NCBI GenBank assembly: GCA_900320225.1
Contig: ONRL01000001.1
Location: 1,325 to 65,324 of the forward strand
Direction: 5' to 3'
Length of the DNA stretch: 64,000 bases
From: an uncultured Lentisphaerota bacterium
GTDB lineage: Bacteria > Verrucomicrobiota > Kiritimatiellia > RFP12 > UBA1067
The notes beneath the pieces were generated by a model. The model made no database searches and was not told the origin of the DNA. It worked only from the letters and a program-made list of their open reading frames with translations. This document shows positions 54,101 through 58,159 of this stretch, piece by piece. Every line of letters begins with the position of its first letter. Position 1 is the stretch's first letter. Position numbers and translations under genes: made by a program.

Positions 54101-56709
54101 CGACGATCCAGAAGTTCCGGAACGGACTCCAGGAGTTCATCAAGGGCCCGCAGTTCGACGACCTGAAGCTGGACTCCGACCGCAAGGTGACCGGCTGGGT
54201 GGAGGAGGCCGCGCGCTACATCCGGCGCGTGTGCAACCTCTCGATTCAGTCGATCAACGGCGAGCCGTCGCAGCTGGAAAAGGAGCGCGCCGAGCTCCAG
54301 GCCATTCTCGACCGCCGTTCGCAGGTGTACGACGAGGAAGGAAAGAACTCGGCCGACGCGCCGCTGTTCGACATGGAGACGCGCCGCGCGCTCGCCAAGC
54401 TCCAGCTCCTGGAGAAGTACGGCGCGATGAAACGATACATGCCCGGCCAGATCGCCGACCTCGCGAACGAGGCCATGACCTGGCTGCGCGACGAAGCTGG
54501 CAAGCTCGAGGACGCCTGGAAGAGCGCCCGCGAGACCGAGGAGTCGATCCGTTCCGCGCTCACAGGCGGCATCGTCGGCCCGAACGGGCAGAAATACCAG
54601 CGCGCCGAGGGCGTCAAGGGCTGGGCGGAACGTCTGTTCGACTCCATGAACGGCATGATCCGTCTCCGGCTCCAGCACCTCGTACGGTTCTCCGATTCCG
54701 CGAACCAGCAAAAGGCACGGGACGCCATCAACCGCGTCATCGTCATGCTCGGCGACGGCGAGGTGGCGTTCACGCGGCACACGCAGAACGACCGCAGGGC
54801 GTTCGAGCAGGCGCTCACGCGGATATTCGCCACGCCCGACGGCAAGGGCTTCGACCGCCGCGCGATGGCCGACTGGCTCAACCGCATGACCGAGGCGATC
54901 CCGGCCGACCTCTCGCGCCAGCTCTCCAAGCAGGGCTACGGCGACAGCATGACCTACGGGCAGATGCTCCAGCTGCTCGTCTCACTCGAGCAGAGATCCT
55001 ATTCCGAGGCGATTGCGGCGAACAAGCGCGAGAACCAGGCCGATCTCATCCGCACGTTCGAGACCGTCGGCCCGGACGGCCGGCGCGAGCGTGTGCTGAC
55101 CGACAAGGACATCCTCTTCATCGACTGGCTGCGCTCGTTCTACGAGGCGAAGCGCACCCAGCTGTCCGAGGTGACGAAGCGCATGACCGGCCTGCCGGTT
55201 GATTCTCCCGATCCGCTCTACTGTCCCGTGAAGATGTACATGGGCGACCGCGCGCGCGGCATGCACGTGGACGACACCAAGGCATGGGATCCGATCGGCG
55301 CCGTGTTCTCGCGCCGCGTGGAGACGCTGCGCGACTTCGACGAGTCGGCGTCCATCCTGGGCCAGTTCTTCGACCGCTCCGCAGAGGCCGCCAAGCTCGC
55401 GGCATGGGCCGAACGCGGCTCGATCATTCGCGGCGTGTTCACGAACGCGAGCGTCCAGGAGTCGATCCGGCGCGCGTTCGGCGGCGGCGAGCTCACGAAG
55501 ATCCTCAAACAGCTCGAGGAGACGTTCAACGGCGGCGAGAACATCAGGAAATCGCCCGGCGAGATCGCAGCCGCCGACAAGGCGATGAACTGGATGACCT
55601 ACCTCTCGCTCGGCTACAACCCGCTCTCAGCGATGAAGCAGACCACCTCGGTCTGGGTCTGGGCGAACGCGCTGCCGGGTGGATTCAAGGACCTCTGGCG
55701 CTACATGACCGACGTGGACATGGCCACGATCAAGCACATCAAGGAGAGCGAAGAGTACAAGGTGCGCTACGGCGTCGAGATCGGCAGCGGCCAGGACGTC
55801 GCCACGCGCGCGCTGAATGACGATCCGTCCGAGAACCCGGTCAAGAAGTTCTTCAAGAAGACCTCGATGGGATTGCTCCGGAAAGGCGACTTCCTTCCGG
55901 GTGGCTGGATTGCGCAGGGGCTCTTCCGCGACCTCTACAACCGGCACCTGAGAGAGGGCATGGATCCGCAGGCGGCCGACAAGCTCGCCATGACCGAGAC
56001 GTTCAACATGCTCGAAGAGACGCAGCAGTCGGGCCGCACGTACAACACGGCCGCACTCGCGCGCGAACACGGGCGCCTCGGACGGCTCCTGGTGCAGTTC
56101 GCCACCTCGCCGTTGCAGCAGCTCCAGTACGAGACGCAGGCCCTGCGCGAAGTGTGGGATCTCAAGCGCTACAAACCGACGACTCCTGACGCCGACTTCG
56201 AGAAGCGGTACTCAGATGCGAAAGGAAAGCTCGTGCGTGCTGCCGTGATAAACCATGTCCTGCTCCCGGCCGCGCTCCACGCCGTCACAAACCTCTACCG
56301 CTACGCGATGGGCTACGATCCGGAATGGGAACAGGAAGGCTGGCACTGGACGATGCTCCGCGACATAGTGCTCGGCCAGTTCTCGCGCGTGTTCTTTATC
56401 GGCGCGATTTCCACCGTGACATGGGACACGCTCATCACGGGCAAGCCCATGCGCGAAGTGCCGGCGCTGATTCCGGCCGAGGGCGTGGTGAAGCTCACCG
56501 GCAACATGATGGTCACGGCGCGCGACATCGCGAAGCTGGACTACGAGAAGGTGCAGAAAGACCTGGACCGGCTCTTGAAATCGACCTCGATCACGCGCAC
56601 GCCCTATGACGCCTTGCGCCTGCTCTCGGGCAGAGCCTACGCCGAGCGCGAGGAGCGCCGCGAGAAACGCCGCCAGAAAGAGGAGAAGAAAGCGGCTAAG
56701 CAGAAGTAG
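45172..56709 (+). CDS. giant polyvalent virion/ejection protein (~3845 aa)
   Basis: A single uninterrupted 11.5-kb ORF. GGAGGAG lies 6 nt upstream of ATG 45172 (the track start GTG 45166 is also possible). It contains three HExxH sites, an (A/T)P linker, a ParB-like block, an ART-like block, low-complexity tracts and hydrophobic helices. It is the last gene of the virion module. Confidence 0.85.
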   Translation: MPRPNTPTRWDAIPALTEEERVASALSVSPATATDEESRAAAQTLSRQVLIAHQIAQMPDESFKTEAEKYAAASKIVETMTGAKDLDGRLWNGGKPFKTGKEYLMSVRDVLTRGMTAAADPDLQAWLAMSDEEKDAKLEREQGFLSSLAEGVGDATSQVAAHYGINTELSESEYEAAPEDVRNASFMLSRDDTPQAERDKYGATIREWRTGEWRKLQRRSEYEAKLRRKNALLYLPDMIKSLKTDEAKTLAGELAQDPSAIPDNWEARLRRLPTHDIETLAQIRGMTREQTEGGFFNWLGDMGIGVYNAARGLVNGPYQQLEKYGAMAMGFDENLINETIRRKHALWSAYAGWSSPVAPLSDQHGAVANFTIGLASAVPFIASMKLKALGYVACAGEMMSEADAQAAAAGVDTTSLEYNAINLVAGGTYAYMLKAVSPKFFGASANGAAEEMALRTAFMKGVLSGVAKLDTVKIASQRTAAGSLMMAMQQSIAAVNNDLHLGGDAWNDAAKSFTETFVSSIPDMLAFTGYGILEGHARASGGLPKMFTAEGRANRSQNLREAVENAFAVRTAIVGNEQIDNLRKATILNQLSAMSRAWTEGGEAGLRGLGLKPAEITEAKDYFEAECKQLGAAEKLGELDSILDEQGARGEFDPYVFAERNEAARRYDELARDYSVKTDRLHKRIIEKMLDEKGTLRDIASVRNVWAQGHAVGAGMADGTDAGAAALVKAGFTPEDAAILSREFGAERRNMYSPAATEALREMYTRSTRGMVEAHAALASAFKGKVRTENGRVLIDLPMPDGGTGTLAVETEDLSQRFYGAAGKDPELARQIESIVTRLGGHVTADAWINMTDAERRRIVKEFHLQDEGYFMLTDPADPSLHVDSGDADAVMGVIRLDPTADPGVGFHESMHGFLRFCQETGFFDEADVKWLTDTYGTPQNAKEQLNEESAADGFRQYLAKRMAGSFAEEPGPFRKLFGLISRIRHLRDSRAATERLAANAEEALYDAFLAGKYQHVRDLTFAEPVAPKAETGTGTEAPQTGAPTPAPTPAPTPAPAPAPTPAPTPAPAPAPAPRVVSFEALTPTGGKKVKGHYEIVPLASLLHSNMAGYPMELQQRDRKGNKGEEQTREEHIANFEPGYLLADPKTDSGAMVVARRPGPDGKPQLVVVSGNGRTMVLEEMAKRNLYDRYRNRMKEWAKENGVENTVADADNPVLVRVVDELGGATLKELADLSNTNAIQQMNEEEQARADADLVRSLDLAKLYKPNMDGSANMAAGASDEFFREFVRATGDTSLLNSDGTFTEALRMRARRALLAIACGQGERGRDVVKKLVEDTDALGIDRQKDTAAAIAPHVAAIETRPEYAIGPDVSRAFADYIEFRENRDTGKKWGTLDEYLKQGDMLDQRSEIAEAVMRLLDDPKSAPVLAETVRLYVEAAKGETDGLFGAARTRAEIWRDAAKAVNVEAAEKRYSIAGKVAASNMGIKGAGDAEAMEKAGKDREEIWRTTGWWRGKDGRWRFELPSVKMKSEKEIEAALREGINGLRGGSSETTLEKVLDAPALFEAYPRLKKTKIVFSPEHDDKTGGWYDAGKNEIVLLDTGIKDLRHRPKHEQDLYDTYQQVINSDEFLQKRFSNMDAFGIKHGTAEEERALAKDWIAKFDKSIQDENAAIVRDLVKDRGPYSAFGKIVHEVQHSVQYMETFAKGGNPESAAEFVKNMKRKQRIWAYRLEVEETAKELGTTNPYEIERAILEKLGVTSREQIAGLEADGWIPDREGRDKGYNLFARGYDKEGYEEAYNEYLGEMRKTGRAGWWEGSPRELYNRLAGEVEARNASRREAMSPEERAATPPWETEDVPADRQIVRYSVTAQRVTPEEDAAYADAVKRGDMETVRRMEREVYERMGYSDDSSYQGTSAFNGAAPSSNAYFETKAERIEAAKNGEMEDTTTLGDFRDGIDVNNLQFIVFDPRSERNADPMRQEAIRNIRDVLDGGKDTITMYRSVPADVKEGQFRNGDWITPSRAYAEDNARIHGWGKKFRVIEQEVSVEDVWWDGNDIAEWGFDDGKGSVYKNTRANRKLLGPTYDNAGNLIPLSKRFNDWLMDARYSIAGRVAASNMGIKGAGEAEAMEKAGKDREEIWRTTGWWRGTDGKWRVEIPDFTLKMDTIGREANESDPDYFVRKRKLPDIITDTRLFEAYPELKKITVETPHHDTFGGASVLGDYNGKRRIRLNTWAMMYDPEQVRSTLAHEIQHAIQYIEGFAKGGNQGQFKEADPWALRRKAKAERRRGNETEAARLEAEAEEIEENALEGHVIENGEVYEDTFEAYQSLAGETESRNVEKRLAMTPEERAATPPWATEDVPADRQIVRFSLVGKRPDGIEVFSTRSVDDMTNAQRRDEFLRKLKEDYKGRTARFVADGKTYYATFGDDDVGKLVYGDNKTSPRNKKVKDRIGAAGDIFDLVENSRFKGPGKERGKKTDAHRNVERWDYFVKTVQIDDGMYDVRIEVRSKPSRTGQLKDEFVYNVFLNHSKKKADLRFLSWAEALAGDASVRNANVTALRPEKSDAESVPNPSDEIKADPESFARRSIVSRVIDGDAEERESALVAFVAERALRHGPKPNAFKTIARLGLEMGLKTVNASNIVKKGEALADRVRGTVIEKAIRKGDVATATALLARESDIDRLVAGAAGQGGQLVRAGEGKIKSFLDREIEKHIRSFNAASLADVERDTGIDIAGEILANSPERFDPKGSAKREEAKAEAGEAGGEEGAVPGAGAPDEGNITDFERARRERVRKEAEERVAKMIATAKQRAEEAENQRAEWEAQREERKRQAEAAAAAGEAGEAGEAGGGAGGGGEGGGVGGETVTPERPKLSTFADFKSPEEFAAFFRVWAEERYKKEHGASTLGKHEEKRLFPEFYRKAVVRELQDLADKLLPPKGARATVNRWLGEIQPGVKPDTLERISADIFKYINRNAIRESRTATIQKFRNGLQEFIKGPQFDDLKLDSDRKVTGWVEEAARYIRRVCNLSIQSINGEPSQLEKERAELQAILDRRSQVYDEEGKNSADAPLFDMETRRALAKLQLLEKYGAMKRYMPGQIADLANEAMTWLRDEAGKLEDAWKSARETEESIRSALTGGIVGPNGQKYQRAEGVKGWAERLFDSMNGMIRLRLQHLVRFSDSANQQKARDAINRVIVMLGDGEVAFTRHTQNDRRAFEQALTRIFATPDGKGFDRRAMADWLNRMTEAIPADLSRQLSKQGYGDSMTYGQMLQLLVSLEQRSYSEAIAANKRENQADLIRTFETVGPDGRRERVLTDKDILFIDWLRSFYEAKRTQLSEVTKRMTGLPVDSPDPLYCPVKMYMGDRARGMHVDDTKAWDPIGAVFSRRVETLRDFDESASILGQFFDRSAEAAKLAAWAERGSIIRGVFTNASVQESIRRAFGGGELTKILKQLEETFNGGENIRKSPGEIAAADKAMNWMTYLSLGYNPLSAMKQTTSVWVWANALPGGFKDLWRYMTDVDMATIKHIKESEEYKVRYGVEIGSGQDVATRALNDDPSENPVKKFFKKTSMGLLRKGDFLPGGWIAQGLFRDLYNRHLREGMDPQAADKLAMTETFNMLEETQQSGRTYNTAALAREHGRLGRLLVQFATSPLQQLQYETQALREVWDLKRYKPTTPDADFEKRYSDAKGKLVRAAVINHVLLPAALHAVTNLYRYAMGYDPEWEQEGWHWTMLRDIVLGQFSRVFFIGAISTVTWDTLITGKPMREVPALIPAEGVVKLTGNMMVTARDIAKLDYEKVQKDLDRLLKSTSITRTPYDALRLLSGRAYAEREERREKRRQKEEKKAAKQK
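47893..47907 (+). other. HExxH site 1 (HESMH) in giant protein
   Basis: VGFHESMHGFLRF is a zincin-like metallopeptidase motif. The surrounding fold was not verified. Confidence 0.35.
48298..48393 (+). repeat. coding low-complexity (Ala/Thr/Pro)n linker
   Basis: It encodes APTPAPTPAPTPAPAPAPTPAPTPAPAPAPAP, from the imperfect repeat unit CCGACGCCAGCGCCGACACCGGCG. Confidence 0.8.
48448..48930 (+). other. ParB/Srx-fold nuclease-like block in giant protein
   Basis: HYEIVPLASLLHSN...QQRDR...LVVVSGNGRTMVL resembles the ParB N-terminal domain pattern (conserved strand, an R-rich motif, a G-x-x-R motif). Confidence 0.35.
49579..50763 (+). repeat. intragenic duplicated module copy 1 (HEVQH metallopeptidase-like)
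   Basis: It starts RYSIAGKVAASNMGIKGAGDAEAMEKAGKDREEIWRTTGWWRG. HEVQHSVQYMETFAKGGN is at 50236.., and it ends ERAATPPWETEDVPADRQIVRYS. The DNA core 49615..49708 is 90/94 identical to 51511..51604. Confidence 0.8.
51000..51370 (+). other. ART-like block between the duplicated modules
   Basis: TMYRSVPADVKEGQFRNGDWITPSRAYAEDNARIHGWGKKFRVIEQEV aligns by eye with VVYRGSPYDPLAQEAGKGVIKPEAYFTADPEYAKRYTGNGGKVGAYYLNI in the second giant protein. This is a possible R / S-T / E ADP-ribosyltransferase-type arrangement. Confidence 0.3.
51475..52272 (+). repeat. intragenic duplicated module copy 2 (HEIQH metallopeptidase-like)
   Basis: It starts RYSIAGRVAASNMGIKGAGEAEAMEKAGKDREEIWRTTGWWRG. HEIQHAIQYIEGFAKGGN is at 51904.., and it ends ERAATPPWATEDVPADRQIVRFS. 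Confidence 0.8.
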
Positions 56710-57817
56710 ACTCCAGTGCCTGACGGATCTCCTCCGTCTTGTCGGCGTGGTCATATCGCTGCACGGTCGCGTCCTGCGTCCATCCGCCGAGCCGCTTTGC
56801 GAGGTCGTTGCTCACGCCGGCCTCGGCCAGGCGTGTCCTGAAGGTATGCCGCCAGCTGTGGAAGGTGATCGTCGGATCGTCCACGCCGGCCGCCTTCAGG
56901 ATCGCGGCGAAGGTACAGTCTTCCGGATCGCCGGGATAGACTTTCGCAAACTCCGGAAGCACATACTTCCGGCCCTTCACGAACAGACCCTTCAGCGCGT
57001 CGCGCAGCACGGCCACCATCGGAACCTCGACCTCGATGTTGTAGCCCTGAGTCTTGATCGGCTTCACGCGGATCACGCCCCTCTCGAAGTCTACTTTGCT
57101 CCATTCCAGGAACACGACGTCATGCTTCCGGAGCCCGGTCCACCGTGCGACGAGACACGCCTCATACCAATGCGGCACGGCGCTCGCCTTCGCGGCCGCC
57201 AGCACGGCCTTCTCCTGGGCGCGCGTAAACGCGGCGTGACGCTGGCCGTCGCGCACGGTCGGCCGGAGGTCCTTCCACGGATTGCGGACGCCATACAGGG
57301 CCTCGGCGGCCTTCCAGATCGTGGATAGATTCCCGATGTATTCTTTCCGGCTTTTGTCCTTCAGCTTCGCCTTGTGCTTTTTGTCCTTCGGCGAGCTCTT
57401 CTTCTTCAGGTGCTCGGCATACGCCATCGCACACTCGAACGTCACCTCCTCCACGGTCGTGACCGGGAACTCGGTTTTCGTCCACTCGATGAAATCCTCG
57501 AGGTTCTTCTTCCGCTGCTTCACGAGCCGTTCGCCCGGCTTGCGATCGCGCATCGACATGAACCGCTCATACGTCGCCCACAGCTGAGCGATCGGCAGCC
57601 CGGCTCCCTCGCGCTCCCTGGTGAAGACGGCGTCGAGAATGGATTTCAATTTCATCTCGGATATCTTGCCCTTAATCGACAGGTGCATGGACTCCTCGAT
57701 CGACCGCGCATCCTTAATGGAAGTTGTGCCGGTAGACTGGCGGATGAATTTCCCTGGTCTTTTGGGGTCACGGAATGAAACCCACCAGTATTTAGAACCG
57801 TTATTTTTGTATAGCAT
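56696..57817 (-). CDS. int: tyrosine-type site-specific integrase
   Basis: 373 aa. ARWTGLR (Arg), HSWRHTF (H-x-x-R) and QRYDH (Tyr) are in the right order and spacing. It is adjacent to attR/tRNA, and its 3' end overlaps the giant gene by 14 nt (convergent). Confidence 0.9.
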   Translation of the reverse strand: MLYKNNGSKYWWVSFRDPKRPGKFIRQSTGTTSIKDARSIEESMHLSIKGKISEMKLKSILDAVFTREREGAGLPIAQLWATYERFMSMRDRKPGERLVKQRKKNLEDFIEWTKTEFPVTTVEEVTFECAMAYAEHLKKKSSPKDKKHKAKLKDKSRKEYIGNLSTIWKAAEALYGVRNPWKDLRPTVRDGQRHAAFTRAQEKAVLAAAKASAVPHWYEACLVARWTGLRKHDVVFLEWSKVDFERGVIRVKPIKTQGYNIEVEVPMVAVLRDALKGLFVKGRKYVLPEFAKVYPGDPEDCTFAAILKAAGVDDPTITFHSWRHTFRTRLAEAGVSNDLAKRLGGWTQDATVQRYDHADKTEEIRQALESTSA

Positions 57818-57860
57818 TTTAGCCCGTTTCTTTTATTGCGTTAAATTGAACGATGGTCTA

Positions 57861-57882
57861 TTGTATCATATTCCGTATCATA
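57861..57882 (+). repeat. candidate integrase arm-type site (P arm), tandem GTATCATA pair
   Basis: TTGTATCATATTCCGTATCATA matches 12696..12717 at 21 of 22 positions. It lies 61 bp inside attR, between int and the core. Confidence 0.55.
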
Positions 57883-57902
57883 TCCGCAACGATAAAAGAA
57901 AA

Positions 57903-57936
57903 CAGAAAAACGCCCATTTTCAGGGCGTTTTCCGTT
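57903..57936 (-). terminator. phage-borne rho-independent terminator downstream of the reconstituted tRNA-Arg
   Basis: On the minus strand the sequence is AAACGCCC-TGAAAAT-GGGCGTTT followed by TTCTGTTTT, beginning about 9 nt past the tRNA 3' end. The hairpin also has a T-run on the + strand, so it may act bidirectionally. Confidence 0.6.
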
Positions 57937-57942
57937 TATCTT

Positions 57943-57970
57943 ATTGGTGCGACTGACTGGGATCGAACCA
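57943..57970. repeat. attR core (within intact tRNA-Arg)
   Basis: It is identical over 28 bp to 12601..12628. Confidence 0.9.
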
Positions 57971-58021
57971 GCAACCTTCGGCTTCGGAGGCCAACGCTCT
58001 ATCCAGTTGAGCTACAGTCGC
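57945..58021 (-). tRNA. tRNA-Arg (anticodon CCG), CCA encoded
   Basis: The reverse complement GCGACTGTAGCTCAACTGGATAGAGCGTTGGCCTCCGAAGCCGAAGGTTGCTGGTTCGATCCCAGTCAGTCGCACCA gives a 77-nt cloverleaf. It has acceptor GCGACTG/CAGTCGC, anticodon loop CTCCGAA (CCG) and T-arm GCTGG-TTCGATC-CCAGT. Confidence 0.92.
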
Positions 58022-58159
58022 ATTATTTCCAATGGTTTTTGATGTTTGTTGCCAATTTGATGCCAAATCGCGTCGGCCAGATACATCTCAAACCTTCCGA
58101 AAACTTGCCTTTTCCTTCGGTTGCGGAGTAGTTTACCACATTCCCTTTCGGTTTGCAAG

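Larger units (their letters stand above)
12601..57970. mobile_element. integrated temperate podovirus-like prophage (~45.3 kb) in tRNA-Arg(CCG)
   Basis: It is bounded by the exact 28-bp repeat, with a tyrosine integrase adjacent to the intact tRNA. It has replication, terminase, portal, capsid, fibre, adaptor/nozzle and internal-virion genes almost all on the + strand, with many ATGA/GTGA/TAATG start-stop overlaps. Confidence 0.9.

Noticed and set aside
46417-54780. 938-aa, 425-aa and 662-aa minus ORFs inside the giant gene
   Set aside because: They lie antisense to a continuous 11.5-kb ORF with recognisable motifs, and their translations are low-complexity Arg/Ala/Glu/Leu strings.
45172-56709. 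Idea that the giant protein is an N4-like virion RNA polymerase and the 22-bp motif its promoter
   Set aside because: The position and size are suggestive, and same-strand conserved ~22-mers are promoter-like. However, I could not find T7/N4-type polymerase motifs (paired Asp motifs, R...K...YG) by eye, and the motif lacks the hairpin of N4 early promoters. It is left as a hypothesis to test, not a call.
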